Shown here: positions 38,381 to 49,154 of the stretch, in pieces
Position numbering within the stretch: the first letter of the stretch is position 1
How the letters are laid out: every line of letters starts with the position of its first letter
Assembly (NCBI GenBank): GCA_023129415.1
Contig: JAGMCF010000110.1
Span: 1 to 62,143, forward strand
Source: Candidatus Cloacimonadota bacterium
GTDB lineage: Bacteria; Cloacimonadota; Cloacimonadia; JGIOTU-2
Reading direction: 5' to 3'
Length of the DNA stretch: 62,143 bases
Made by a program: the position numbers and the translations under genes
Notes under the pieces: generated by a model
Database searches by the model: none
The model's input: only the letters and a program-made list of their open reading frames with translations
Told to the model about the DNA's origin: nothing

Positions 38381-39269
38381 AAAAATATATGAATTTTTTT
38401 CTATCGTGTTATTAATAAAATTTTTCATTACATTTAACTTATTCATCATCCTTCTTTCTTGTTCACAAATATCTACTTTAAAAAATTCTCACATGCCAAA
38501 ATCTATTTCATTTCAAAAATCTGTTAAGTTACCTTTCATTCCTGATAAAATTTGTTATTGTCCATTTTCAAAAACTTTTTTACTATTAAACAAAAATGAG
38601 AACATTATTAATCGTACTAATAAAAATGGGAAAATATTACAAAAGATTGGAGATTTTGGTTTCGGAAAGAATCAATTCATAAACATCTCTGATATTACAA
38701 TAGATAGTTTTGGAAATCTGTTCGTTGTGGACAAAATTTCAAATAAAGTTGTCAAGTATGATGAAATGGGACAATTTGTAAATAGTGTCACATTTTTTGA
38801 ACTAACTGAACCTGTATTGATAAATGTTAAAGACAATGGGGATTTAATCCTTTATGATTCTCCTACAAATGAAATCTATTGTTTTGATAATAGAAGCAGG
38901 TTAAGATATAATTTTGGCAAATTCATATTTAATTATCCAGCTCAAATTATGTCCTCAAACCAAGCTAATTATATCCTGGATATAGGCAACAATAATATTA
39001 TTGTATTTGATGACTTTGGTGGAATTATTACAACAATTGATGCAAAAAATAATTTAGTAGATATTTACACCACTCAAGATATTTTGTATTATATTGATTC
39101 TTCAAATGATATTTTTTGTTATAAAATAGCTGGAAATATAAAATACAAATTAGATTCTTTAACCAACTTAATTCCAATAAGTAAACCAAAATTAATTATC
39201 ATATACGAAAAAAAAATCGGAATAGTTGACAAGAATACTTTGTATATATTCCAATTAACATTCAAATAG
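38367..39269 (+). CDS. NHL-repeat/beta-propeller putative lipoprotein
   Basis: Hydrophobic stretch then LLSC; GFGKNQF..DITIDSFGNLFVVD. Confidence 0.7.
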   Translation: MYLNKKIYEFFSIVLLIKFFITFNLFIILLSCSQISTLKNSHMPKSISFQKSVKLPFIPDKICYCPFSKTFLLLNKNENIINRTNKNGKILQKIGDFGFGKNQFINISDITIDSFGNLFVVDKISNKVVKYDEMGQFVNSVTFFELTEPVLINVKDNGDLILYDSPTNEIYCFDNRSRLRYNFGKFIFNYPAQIMSSNQANYILDIGNNNIIVFDDFGGIITTIDAKNNLVDIYTTQDILYYIDSSNDIFCYKIAGNIKYKLDSLTNLIPISKPKLIIIYEKKIGIVDKNTLYIFQLTFK

Positions 39270-39358
39270 TATATTATAATAATTATATTAAGTGATACTT
39301 GAGAAATTATTATGATATTTTCATTTATTTCATTTAACTAAATAAATTCTATTTTATC

Positions 39359-39518
39359 ATGAAACAAACATCCACCAGCTAGTGGACAGAGAAGCATGGA
39401 AATTATTTAATAATCAGTCAATTTCAATAAAAGTTATAATAATTTGTGCGAATCAGCTTTATCAACTTAATCTGCCTGTCCTGCGAAGCTTTAGCGTAGA
39501 AGGGCGTGCTATTTTAAC
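39359..39518 (+). mobile_element. ATGAAA-head element, divergent copy upstream of lnt
   Basis: ATGAAACAAACA-[tccaccagctagtgga]-CAGAGAAGCATGGAAAT; region ends at lnt ATGGAA. Confidence 0.6.
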
Positions 39519-41042
39519 ATGGAAAAATTAAAACAAATAAAACATAAGCATATTCCCTTTTTTTGGTGGGCAATACTTTCAGGAATACTTTTTGGATTAT
39601 CATTAATAGATATTGAACTTGGTTTCTTGTCATTCTTTGCATTTGCTATCTATTTATCTATTGTGATAAAATCAAACTCCAAACAAAGCTTTTTATATGG
39701 TTTATTATTTGGGTTTGTATTAAGTTGCATTACACTTTATTCAACAATATTAGTTAAGGTAATTGCTTTTATCGGACTTTTAATAGCAATGCCCTTGTAT
39801 TTTGGAATTATTACTCTCTTTATTAAAAAAGTCCAATTAAGGTTTACAAAATCTTTTATATGGTTCTTCCCAATAATCTGGATTGCTTTTGAATATTTTA
39901 TGACATTAGGTCCTTTGAATTTTCCCTGGCATAATGTTGGTTATTCTCTTGCTAATTATTATTATTTGATTCAATTTGCAGATATTTTTGGAATTTATGG
40001 TATCTCCTTTATAGTTCTTATTATAAACATATTAATTTACAGAATTTTCTCAGGTAAATTTAAAGATATAACTTTCATAATAATCATTTTCATGCTCTGG
40101 TTTGGTTATGGTTTCTATAAAGATAAAACAATTAAGCTTCAAAAAGAAGATTTAAAAATTGGGATTGTTCAATTAAATATCCTACAAGAGGATAAATGGA
40201 ATCCTGCGATTTTAGATTCTACTATAGTGGAATATGCAAAACAAGTTTCCATTGTTGTAAAAGAGGATAGTGTTGATTTGGTAATATTTCCGGAATCTGC
40301 TATTACTACACATCTCTTACATGAAAGAGAGTATAAAAAAAGAATATCTAATATGGCAATTTCAAACAAAGTAAATTTAATCATAGGCTTTCCTGATTAT
40401 GAAGTTAAGTGGATAGATAAAAAGCCAAGATATGAATTTTTTAATAGTGCAACTATGGTTGATAAAGATGGAAATTTCCTTCCTAAATATGATAAGATTA
40501 GACTTGTGCCTTTTGGTGAAAGAATTCCATTTTTGAGAACATTTCCAATTTTAGAGAAACTTCAATTTGGGCAGGCAAATTTTGAATATGGTAAAAACCC
40601 AAGACTGTATCCTATTAATGATTTCCAGTTCCCTATACTTATCTGTTTTGAAGGTGTTTTCCCTGAATTATCAAGACAATATGTTCGAAAAGGAGCTGAT
40701 TTCATAGTTGTTATCACAAATGATGGATGGTTTCAAGAAACTGCATTCCCAAAAGAACACGCAAATAATACAAAAATTCGTGCTGTGGAAAATCGTGTGT
40801 CTTTATTCCGCGCTGCAAATACTGGGATTTCTTATATAGTAAATCCTAAAGGACAAATAATTGAAAAAACAGAAATTTACGAAAAGGAAAATATATCTGA
40901 TTTTCTATTTACATCAAAAAATAAATTTTCTTTTTTTGTAAAAGTTGGATATATATTCCCGATAATCTGCTTCTGGGTTTCAATTATATTGATTATTTAT
41001 GCAATATTTTCTAAACTTATATTGGTGAGAAAAAATGATTAA
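39519..41042 (+). CDS. lnt: Apolipoprotein N-acyltransferase
   Basis: FPES, KIRLVPFGE, ICFE and TNDGWF motifs. Confidence 0.95.
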   Translation: MEKLKQIKHKHIPFFWWAILSGILFGLSLIDIELGFLSFFAFAIYLSIVIKSNSKQSFLYGLLFGFVLSCITLYSTILVKVIAFIGLLIAMPLYFGIITLFIKKVQLRFTKSFIWFFPIIWIAFEYFMTLGPLNFPWHNVGYSLANYYYLIQFADIFGIYGISFIVLIINILIYRIFSGKFKDITFIIIIFMLWFGYGFYKDKTIKLQKEDLKIGIVQLNILQEDKWNPAILDSTIVEYAKQVSIVVKEDSVDLVIFPESAITTHLLHEREYKKRISNMAISNKVNLIIGFPDYEVKWIDKKPRYEFFNSATMVDKDGNFLPKYDKIRLVPFGERIPFLRTFPILEKLQFGQANFEYGKNPRLYPINDFQFPILICFEGVFPELSRQYVRKGADFIVVITNDGWFQETAFPKEHANNTKIRAVENRVSLFRAANTGISYIVNPKGQIIEKTEIYEKENISDFLFTSKNKFSFFVKVGYIFPIICFWVSIILIIYAIFSKLILVRKND

Positions 41043-41412
41043 AGAAATACAATCAAAAACAAAATACTACTACACAATGAGTGAGGTTTGCAATATAACA
41101 AGTTTAAAACCCCATGTGCTTCGATTTTGGGAAACGCAATTCCCTCAATTACATCCTCATAGACGAAAGAGTTCTAACCGTCGTTATACTTCAAAAGATA
41201 TTGAAACTATTAAAAAGATAAAATATCTTCTATATGTAAAAGGTTTTACAATTAAAGGTGCTAAGAAGAGTTTGGGGAGGATAACTGATTTTGCTGAAAT
41301 AGAGAAAAAGGATGCTTATCAGCTTGATGAAGAAAAGATGAAAACTCTTAAAAATATTCAGAATCAATTAAAAGAATTAAAGAAGATTACTGAGAAACTA
41401 AAAGGAAAATAA
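41035..41412 (+). CDS. MerR family transcriptional regulator
   Basis: YYTMSEV..HVLRFWETQF..RRY..GFTIKGAK. Confidence 0.9.
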   Translation: MIKEIQSKTKYYYTMSEVCNITSLKPHVLRFWETQFPQLHPHRRKSSNRRYTSKDIETIKKIKYLLYVKGFTIKGAKKSLGRITDFAEIEKKDAYQLDEEKMKTLKNIQNQLKELKKITEKLKGK

Positions 41413-41482
41413 AAATAAGCCACGAATAAATAATGAAAGCGTTTGAAGACTAAATAACTAAACTTCATTGAAAGGTATAAAA

Positions 41483-41800
41483 ATGAGTAAGTTAAAATTA
41501 TTAAAAGAATTAAAAGAGAAATTAAAGACAAGATTTCCAAGTTTAGAGCGAATTATTTTGTTTGGTTCACAACTGAAAAGTAACAAATTGCTAAAATCAG
41601 ATATTGATGTTCTTTTAATTTTTAATCAAAATATTGACTGGCAGGTTGAAAAGAAAATCTTGGATGAAATCTACGAGATAGAACTGGAAAGAGATGTAGT
41701 TTTTGACGCTAAAATATTTTCAAAAAAATTAATTAATACAAGTTTATATCAAGCAATGCCATTTGTAAGAGAAGTTTTGAGTAATGGAGTAGAAATATGA
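41483..41800 (+). CDS. Minimal nucleotidyltransferase (MNT)
   Basis: LFGS...SDIDVL motif; coupled to the HEPN gene. Confidence 0.88.
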   Translation: MSKLKLLKELKEKLKTRFPSLERIILFGSQLKSNKLLKSDIDVLLIFNQNIDWQVEKKILDEIYEIELERDVVFDAKIFSKKLINTSLYQAMPFVREVLSNGVEI

Positions 41801-42201
41801 AAAAAAGTGATAGGTTAACTTTAATCAATTATCGTTTAGCAAGATGTAAAGAAAGTATTGAGGAAGTTAAACTACTTATTGAAAAAGAAAAGTATTTTGC
41901 AGCTATGAATAGAATTTATTATGGATTATTTTATGTTGTAAATTGTCTTGCACTAATTGATGGTTTTACTACTTCAAAGCATACACAATTAATAGGATAT
42001 TTCAATAAGAATTATGTAAAAACGGGTATATTTCCAAAAGAGATTGGTAAATTTTTTAAGCAATCATTTGAAAACCGTTCTAAAAGTGATTATCAAGATT
42101 TAGTTGAATTTACTAAAATACAAGTTGAACAAGATTATGAAATGATGAAAAAATTCATTCCTTTTGCTGAAGGGATTATTAAAGAAAAATTGGAAAAGTA
42201 A
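41797..42201 (+). CDS. HEPN domain protein
   Basis: NRIYY, SKH and RSKSDY motifs; ATGA overlap with MNT. Confidence 0.88.
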   Translation: MKKSDRLTLINYRLARCKESIEEVKLLIEKEKYFAAMNRIYYGLFYVVNCLALIDGFTTSKHTQLIGYFNKNYVKTGIFPKEIGKFFKQSFENRSKSDYQDLVEFTKIQVEQDYEMMKKFIPFAEGIIKEKLEK

Positions 42202-42303
42202 ACTGGATATAAATAAAAGGCACAAAGAAAAAATATGAGTTTCAATTGACAAATTTCTTGTAAATTTAGTCAATCTAATGACAGAATTTTTAAAAAAGTT
42301 ATT

Positions 42304-44907
42304 ATGAATCTATATGAAGTTTTAAAAACAAAAGTCACTGCTTGGCAAAAATCAAATTATAAATCGGAATATCCTATTATCTCCGAAATTCTTGATCTTA
42401 ATCTACATTCAGAAACAAGAGATTGGGGATTAAGAAAAGCTCAATTTGAAGCACTTGAGACATACTGGTATTTAAGACTTGTTGAGAAAACACCGCATAT
42501 ATTTAATCTATATAAAAAGTTTTTTGATGATCCAGCTGAACTTTTAAAGACTCTAAATATCTTAATTACTCAAGAAGATTTAATAAAAATTATGAGCAAA
42601 GGAGGGATGGATTCAATATTTGAAAAAATAAAAAATGATGATAATTTTGTTAAGAAATATAAATTAGATGCTCTGAAAGAGACACTTACTTTAAGTTATC
42701 CAAGTTACATATTAGCATTAGCTATGGGAGCAGGTAAAACTATTTTAATTGGAGCGATTATTGCCACCGAATTTGTAATGGCACTTGAATATTCTGAAAA
42801 TAAAAATTTTGTTAAGAATGCTTTGGTCTTTGCTCCTGGAAAAACTATATTAGGAGCGTTAAAAGAACTCTCTGATGTTCCTTATGAAAAAATTCTCCCT
42901 GAACGTTTATATAAAGAATTTATCACATCATTGAAACTAACTTATACTCGTGATGGAGAAAAGGATATTCCAATAATTAAAAAAAGTAGTTTTAATATTA
43001 TTGTTACAAATACAGAAAAGATAAGAATTAGAAAGGAAGATATAAAAGGTAATCTATTTTCAAGAGGTGAACTTGCAACAGAGGACAGAAAAGAGTTTAT
43101 AGCCAATCAAAGGCTTCAAACAATTGCATCACTTCTTAATCTTGCAATATTTTCAGATGAGGCACACCATACTTATGGACAGAAACTTGGCAAAGAGTTA
43201 AAAAGAGTAAGACAAACTGTTGACTATCTTGCAGATAAGACAAATGTATTGGTGGTAGTAAACACAACGGGAACACCATACTATAAAAGACAAATTCTAA
43301 AAGATGTGATTTATTGGTATGGATTATCACAAGGAATTGAAGATGGTATATTAAAAGAAGTAAGAGGTAATATTGTTGCCTATCCCGAAGTAACAGATGA
43401 ACAATTTATTAAAGACTTAATTAATGACTTTTTCAAAAATTATAAAGATGTGAAAATTTATGATGGTTCACCTTCTAAACTTGCTATCTATTTTCCCAAA
43501 ATTGATGACTTAAAAAATGCTAAGCCCATAGTTGAAAAAGCTCTATTAGAATTTGGACAAGACCCTTCAATTGTTTTAGAAGTGCATAATGAATCAAGAG
43601 ATGAAATAAAAGATTTGTTTGACAATAGAATTAACGACCCATCTATAAATTATCGTGTTTTTCTTCTTGTTAATAAAGGAACTGAAGGATGGAATTGTCT
43701 TTCCCTATTTTCAACCGCTTTAGCAAGAGAATTAAAAGCAAGTAATAACTTTTGTCTTCAAGCAGCTTCACGATGTTTAAGACAAATTCGTGAGAACACA
43801 CATAAAGCTAAAATATATCTATCAAAGAAAAATGTAAAAATTCTGGATTCACAACTTAAAGAAACATTTGGCGAAACTTTACAGGAATTAAACTTGGCTT
43901 CTCAGAATATAAGAAAAGGCAGATTAGTTTTAAGAAAAACAGAAATACCAGATATAGTAATTAAAAAGAAACTGAGAAAAGTTATTCCAATTGAAAAGAA
44001 AATCAGCATAGATAAATTAGAAATTCTCCAAAGGATCCTTCGGAAAAAACAAGAAATATTAACAGAAATACCTAAAAAAATAATCTATGACTTAAGAGAT
44101 ATTCCAGATAGAAAAGGTGTATTGATAATACAAAAAGATGAGAAACTCATTATAGAGGATGATTTTATTGACATTTATAATTTTGCAGTTGAACTATCAT
44201 CTCTGTATAGATTACCGCTTATGCAAGTATATAAAAAATTAAAGAGTTTATATCCTGTTGGAGAGATTCCTGAAAATAATGCTTATGAAATTAAAAAACA
44301 GGTTGAAGAAAAGATAAAGAATTATAAAATTGTTGAAGAAGAAGTTGAGCAAGCATTGGCACTTGTAAAGACTGCTGGTTTCAGTAAGGAAGCAGAAGAG
44401 TATGTAACTGAAATAGTTTATCATAAAGATAAAGAACATTTGCTAAAAAGGTATGAAGAATTTAAAGAATTAAATAAAAGAAATTTTGGCTTTCATTATA
44501 ATCCCTATAAATTTGATTCCAATCCTGAAAAAGAATTTTTTATCTGGCTTCTTGCAACTTTAAATGAAGACCCAGCAGATGTTGAGGATATTTACTTTAC
44601 TGGTGGAATTGATGATCCACAGAAGACTGACTTTCTCTTTGAATACAAGGGTAAAGATGGCAATTATCATAACTACTCACCTGACTTTTTAATAAGAAAG
44701 AAAAATGGCAAAATGCTAATTATTGAGATAAAAGGTGAACCATTTCAAGACGAAGCCAAAGAAAAAGAGATGAGAAAAATAGAAAACCTGAATAAGAAAA
44801 AAATAAAGTATGAAATTTTGGAAACCGAAGGCAACCAACTCGCCTTTGGATGTGTTGACAAGGTTAGAGAACATATTTACGGATATGGAGGAAAAAATAA
44901 TGAATAA
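42304..44907 (+). CDS. res: Type III-like restriction subunit (SF2 helicase plus PD-(D/E)xK nuclease)
   Basis: MGAGKT, DEAHH, EGW and YSPDFL..IIEIKG motifs. Confidence 0.88.
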   Translation: MNLYEVLKTKVTAWQKSNYKSEYPIISEILDLNLHSETRDWGLRKAQFEALETYWYLRLVEKTPHIFNLYKKFFDDPAELLKTLNILITQEDLIKIMSKGGMDSIFEKIKNDDNFVKKYKLDALKETLTLSYPSYILALAMGAGKTILIGAIIATEFVMALEYSENKNFVKNALVFAPGKTILGALKELSDVPYEKILPERLYKEFITSLKLTYTRDGEKDIPIIKKSSFNIIVTNTEKIRIRKEDIKGNLFSRGELATEDRKEFIANQRLQTIASLLNLAIFSDEAHHTYGQKLGKELKRVRQTVDYLADKTNVLVVVNTTGTPYYKRQILKDVIYWYGLSQGIEDGILKEVRGNIVAYPEVTDEQFIKDLINDFFKNYKDVKIYDGSPSKLAIYFPKIDDLKNAKPIVEKALLEFGQDPSIVLEVHNESRDEIKDLFDNRINDPSINYRVFLLVNKGTEGWNCLSLFSTALARELKASNNFCLQAASRCLRQIRENTHKAKIYLSKKNVKILDSQLKETFGETLQELNLASQNIRKGRLVLRKTEIPDIVIKKKLRKVIPIEKKISIDKLEILQRILRKKQEILTEIPKKIIYDLRDIPDRKGVLIIQKDEKLIIEDDFIDIYNFAVELSSLYRLPLMQVYKKLKSLYPVGEIPENNAYEIKKQVEEKIKNYKIVEEEVEQALALVKTAGFSKEAEEYVTEIVYHKDKEHLLKRYEEFKELNKRNFGFHYNPYKFDSNPEKEFFIWLLATLNEDPADVEDIYFTGGIDDPQKTDFLFEYKGKDGNYHNYSPDFLIRKKNGKMLIIEIKGEPFQDEAKEKEMRKIENLNKKKIKYEILETEGNQLAFGCVDKVREHIYGYGGKNNE

Positions 44908-47068
44908 CTTATTAAAAATTAGAAAAATCAAAATAAGTAATTTTCGGTCTATCGAAGATATACTAATAAAAAATGTAAGTAACATAAATGTTTTTGTAGG
45001 ACCAAATGAAGGTGGGAAAAGTAATATTTTAAAAGCAATGGAATGGTTTTCTAACGAAAAAGAAATGTCTGATAATGATATTCCAAAGGATAAAGATATT
45101 AAAGATGATGAGCCCATAGTAAAGATTGTTTTCGAGATCATTAATAGTGACTCATATTTACAAAAGATTCAAGAAAATGTTAAAAAAGACCCAGAATTGA
45201 CCAAAAGTTTGGAAGAAAGTATAGGTACTCTTCATAAAGTAAAATATCTTGTTGTTGAGAAACAAAAAAATGGCAAAAAAGAATTCAAATCTTTTGATAC
45301 TTTAGGCGAATCTACAGAGATAATTTCTATCATCAATTTAACGAAGTATATTAAAGATGAAATCGGTCAATTAAATATTAACCAAACAATAAAAGACGGT
45401 ATTAAAGAATTTTTAGTTAATAAAGGATTAGAACCTCAACCTAATTCAAATGAAATTAATATAATATTCAATCATCAAGATATAAAGAATTCAATAAGCA
45501 TCATAAACTCTCATTTAAAGCCAATTTTTGATAAAGAAATTGTACAAATAAAAGATACTGATGAAATTACAAATTTAAAAGATAAACTACTTAATCATAA
45601 TGCTACAAATAGCTTTTCTGATAATGTACAAACACAAATTATAAGAAATATAGAAATTCAATGGAATGCTAAAGAAATACTGAAATTTTCAATAGAATTT
45701 TATTTTAGGACTAAAATTGAAGAACCCATTAAAAAAATGTCTAAAAAAAATATTCCTTTAATAGATAAATTGGAAATTCCTATATTTACTTTATATTCAA
45801 CAAAAATTGGCATGAAGGGTTCAATTAAGAAAGAAGGATCATGGGAAAAAACTATTATAGAAAAGAAATATCCATTATATTATAGATTATTTAAATTAGC
45901 CGATATTCCATCTCCGAAATTAGATTTAAAAAAAGGAAGTATTGGTACACAATACTTGAAAAATAAATTAAGAAAAATATCAAGGTTTTTTGACAAACGA
46001 TGGACTCAAAATAAAATTAAATTTGATCCTTATCTTGGAGAGTCTGAATTATCCATAGACATTCAGGATTTAGATGAGAAAAGAGAAGAACTTTTGAACA
46101 CGTCCCCTGAAGATAGATCCGATGGCTTTCAATGGTTCTTGGGATATTTTATCACTTTAAACTATATTAAAAAGTCAGAAATGAATCAAATTTTACTTCT
46201 TGATGATCCAGCAATTTATTTACATCCAGATGGTCAAAAAGATTTCTTAAAAGAATTAGAAGATTTATCAAAAAATATCCAGATTTTTTATTCTACACAT
46301 CTGGTTTCTCTTTTTTCTGAAGACAATTTAGATAGAATATATTTGGTTAAGAGTAAGAATGCAAAGACAAAAATAGAAAAACCTTGGACTAATGAACATA
46401 AAGATGTGATAGAACCTATAAGACTTGCTTTGGGGCTTGATATTATAATATTTAAAGATAATAAAAGAATATTGTTTGTAGAAGGAATATCCGATAAATT
46501 TATTCTTGAGGGTATTTTATATAATAAATATAAAAAGGATAAATTTGAAAATTTATATGTGTATCCTATGTTTGGTGGAGATGATATTAGTAATGAGAAT
46601 AAAATTATAAAGAAAATAAAAGCTATGCAATGTATTAATAACTTCTACGAAAAAAAGAATTTACGTTTTATATTGGATGGAGATAAACGAAAAAAGATTG
46701 AAAGCAATAAGTATATTGATGATGAAATAAAAAAACAAATTATATTCCTTGGAAATCAAAATCAAGAATTAGAAGACTGTATAGATAAAAAGTTCTATTT
46801 AGAATGCATCAAAGAGGTGTATTATCCGTTATTCATAGAAGAAAGAACTAAAATTAGAATGTTGAATAAAATATGCGCAAATACTGAAAAAAACGTTGAA
46901 AATAAAATCACGAAATCCATAGAAAAAAGATTTAAAAAAAGTAATCTGGGTGGATTTGCAAAAGTGGAAATTGCTAAATATATTAAAATGAAATTAATCA
47001 GCGAAAGTAAAAATATTAAATTCCTAAACAATATAGAGAAGGAAATTAAGAAAATAACTAAAAACTAA
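44900..47068 (+). CDS. ABC ATPase-TOPRIM fusion (OLD/GajA-like nuclease)
   Basis: GPNEGGKS, RSDGFQWF, LLLDDP, YSTH, FVEGISD and DGD motifs; start 44900 after GGAGG. Confidence 0.85.
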   Translation: MNNLLKIRKIKISNFRSIEDILIKNVSNINVFVGPNEGGKSNILKAMEWFSNEKEMSDNDIPKDKDIKDDEPIVKIVFEIINSDSYLQKIQENVKKDPELTKSLEESIGTLHKVKYLVVEKQKNGKKEFKSFDTLGESTEIISIINLTKYIKDEIGQLNINQTIKDGIKEFLVNKGLEPQPNSNEINIIFNHQDIKNSISIINSHLKPIFDKEIVQIKDTDEITNLKDKLLNHNATNSFSDNVQTQIIRNIEIQWNAKEILKFSIEFYFRTKIEEPIKKMSKKNIPLIDKLEIPIFTLYSTKIGMKGSIKKEGSWEKTIIEKKYPLYYRLFKLADIPSPKLDLKKGSIGTQYLKNKLRKISRFFDKRWTQNKIKFDPYLGESELSIDIQDLDEKREELLNTSPEDRSDGFQWFLGYFITLNYIKKSEMNQILLLDDPAIYLHPDGQKDFLKELEDLSKNIQIFYSTHLVSLFSEDNLDRIYLVKSKNAKTKIEKPWTNEHKDVIEPIRLALGLDIIIFKDNKRILFVEGISDKFILEGILYNKYKKDKFENLYVYPMFGGDDISNENKIIKKIKAMQCINNFYEKKNLRFILDGDKRKKIESNKYIDDEIKKQIIFLGNQNQELEDCIDKKFYLECIKEVYYPLFIEERTKIRMLNKICANTEKNVENKITKSIEKRFKKSNLGGFAKVEIAKYIKMKLISESKNIKFLNNIEKEIKKITKN

Positions 47069-47093
47069 TTAAGAATAAGAAAAGGAAATAAAT

Positions 47094-48932
47094 ATGTCAG
47101 AAACCAAAATTAAAATCACCCCTGCCAAAGGCAGACCAATGCTTTACTGGATAGGCAAAAAACCGCTTGATTATGTTAAGGACTTTCCTGCTCAACTTGT
47201 AGAAGTTTTTGACCCAGAAAATAATGCAAAGATTCCTGATATCCCAAGTTATGAAAATCTAAAAAACAATTGGCATAATTTACTTTCTCACGGAGATAAT
47301 AAAGATGTTTTAGCAACACTTCTTGAATTTGGTTTCAGGGGAAAATTAGATTTAATCTATATTGACCCGCCATTTAAAAGTGGTTCAGATTATGTAAGAA
47401 AGGTTGAACTAAGAGGATTAAAGAATTTAGGACAAATAGAGGAAGACAAAGCATCATTTCTACAACAAACAATGTATTTTGATATCTGGAATAATGATAC
47501 CTATTTACAGTTCATGTATGAAAGGTTGATGCTTTTAAAAGAATTGTTAGCAGATACAGGCTCTATTTACGTGCATTTGGATTGGCATGTAGGACATTAT
47601 GTTAAATTATTGATGGACGAAGTATTTGGGCAGGATAATTTTAGAAATGAGATTGTGTGGAAATATTTTGGTCCTACCAGTACTGAAAAAAACTTTCCCA
47701 GAAAACACGATTATATATTATTTTACACAAAGTCGAATAACTATTATTTTGATGAAGCAGCAACTTTAATAGAATATGACGAAAAAGCAGTAAGAAGGTA
47801 TGACAAAGTTGATGAGCATGAGAAAAGATATAAGATATACTATGATAAAAATGGAAAATCAAGAAAAGCTTATATGAAGGAAGGTAAACCTACAGAAGTA
47901 TTTGAAATCCCCTTTGTTCAAGGAATAGCATCGGAAAGATTAGGATTTGCTACACAAAAACCAGAAGAATTAATTAAAAGATTTGTTGTTGCCTCAACAA
48001 CAACTAATGACCTTGTCCTTGACTGTTTTTGTGGCTCAGGCACAACACTTGCAGTGGCACAGAAACTTGGCAGACGTTGGATTGGATGTGATATAAATAA
48101 AGGTGCAATTCAGATAACAAGTAAGAGGCTACAAAATGTCATTCTGAACGAAGTGAAGAATCTCAAAAAATCAGATTCTTCGGTCGCTTTACTCCCTCAG
48201 AATGACAAGTCGCATTACTCATTTGCAATTTACAAAGTCAATGACTATGACTTACAATTATTAAAAACAGAAGCAATTGAACTTGCAGTCCAACATATTG
48301 GCATTCAAAGAATAAAAACCGATGCATTCTTTGATGGATATTTGGGAAAGGACTTGGTCAAAATTATTGATTTCAATCATCCATTAACTCTTTTAGATTT
48401 ACAACTTCTTAAGGATGAACTCAAGAAAAGACCCAATGAAGATAGAGATATAACTATTGTCTGTCTGGGAAAAGAATTAGCAGTTGACCCTGAAATTGAA
48501 AAATGGAATAAAACACATCCAGTAAATAAAATCAAACTTATTGAGTTAAAAACCGATAAAAAATATGGTAATTTCTTAATTCATAAACCAGCAGAAGCAA
48601 AAATTGAGATTCTTCGCTCCTCTCAGAATGACAAGAAGGCTATAATTGAAATAAAAGAATTTATCTCCCCAACAATAATTGAGCGGTTAAATATTGATAA
48701 TAAACTCTTCAAAGTAAAAATTCCTGATTTTAGAAGTATGATTGATACAATCTTAATTGACAACAACTATGATGGCAAAACCTTTCATATTGTTTATTCC
48801 GATGTTCCAGAAAGGAAAAATGATTTAGTAAAAGGAAAATATGAAATTGAAGTTAATTCATCAAAATGCAAAATTGCTATTAAAATTATTGATATGCTTG
48901 GAGAGGAGCTTTTAATTATGAAGGAAGTATAA
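47094..48932 (+). CDS. mod: Type III-like beta-class N6-adenine methyltransferase
   Basis: YIDPPF, TQKPE and DCFCGSGTT motifs. Confidence 0.9.
   Translation: MSETKIKITPAKGRPMLYWIGKKPLDYVKDFPAQLVEVFDPENNAKIPDIPSYENLKNNWHNLLSHGDNKDVLATLLEFGFRGKLDLIYIDPPFKSGSDYVRKVELRGLKNLGQIEEDKASFLQQTMYFDIWNNDTYLQFMYERLMLLKELLADTGSIYVHLDWHVGHYVKLLMDEVFGQDNFRNEIVWKYFGPTSTEKNFPRKHDYILFYTKSNNYYFDEAATLIEYDEKAVRRYDKVDEHEKRYKIYYDKNGKSRKAYMKEGKPTEVFEIPFVQGIASERLGFATQKPEELIKRFVVASTTTNDLVLDCFCGSGTTLAVAQKLGRRWIGCDINKGAIQITSKRLQNVILNEVKNLKKSDSSVALLPQNDKSHYSFAIYKVNDYDLQLLKTEAIELAVQHIGIQRIKTDAFFDGYLGKDLVKIIDFNHPLTLLDLQLLKDELKKRPNEDRDITIVCLGKELAVDPEIEKWNKTHPVNKIKLIELKTDKKYGNFLIHKPAEAKIEILRSSQNDKKAIIEIKEFISPTIIERLNIDNKLFKVKIPDFRSMIDTILIDNNYDGKTFHIVYSDVPERKNDLVKGKYEIEVNSSKCKIAIKIIDMLGEELLIMKEV
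48137..48207. repeat. Palindromic REP-like element in frame inside mod
   Basis: tgtcattctga...tcagaatgaca termini with inner gaagaatct/agattcttc; half copy at 48606-48633. Confidence 0.8.
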
Positions 48933-49022
48933 GAAATGTAATAATCCTTTATAAAACTTAAAGGATTAAAACTATTTATCGATCTATCAATAGTATCAAC
49001 AGACAATTCTGCTTTAATTCCC

Positions 49023-49101
49023 TCATTCCATTAAAACCCCGAACATCCCGATAAATCGGGACTACGTGGCAGGCCCCAGTGAAATATAATACGAATTTCA
49101 C
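49023..49101 (+). repeat. 79-bp direct repeat (partner at 50723-50801): CRISPR-like half repeat plus two nested palindromes
   Basis: Two mismatches by manual alignment; offset exactly 1700. Confidence 0.9.
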
Positions 49102-49154
49102 ATCATCAAAACCCGACTCGGGTTTTCCAAACTCGAGTCAAGATTTCACCGTTT

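Noticed and set aside
44018-44050. Possible palindrome insert in res (LEILQRILRKK)
   Set aside because: Only weak similarity to the mod inserts; no clear termini.
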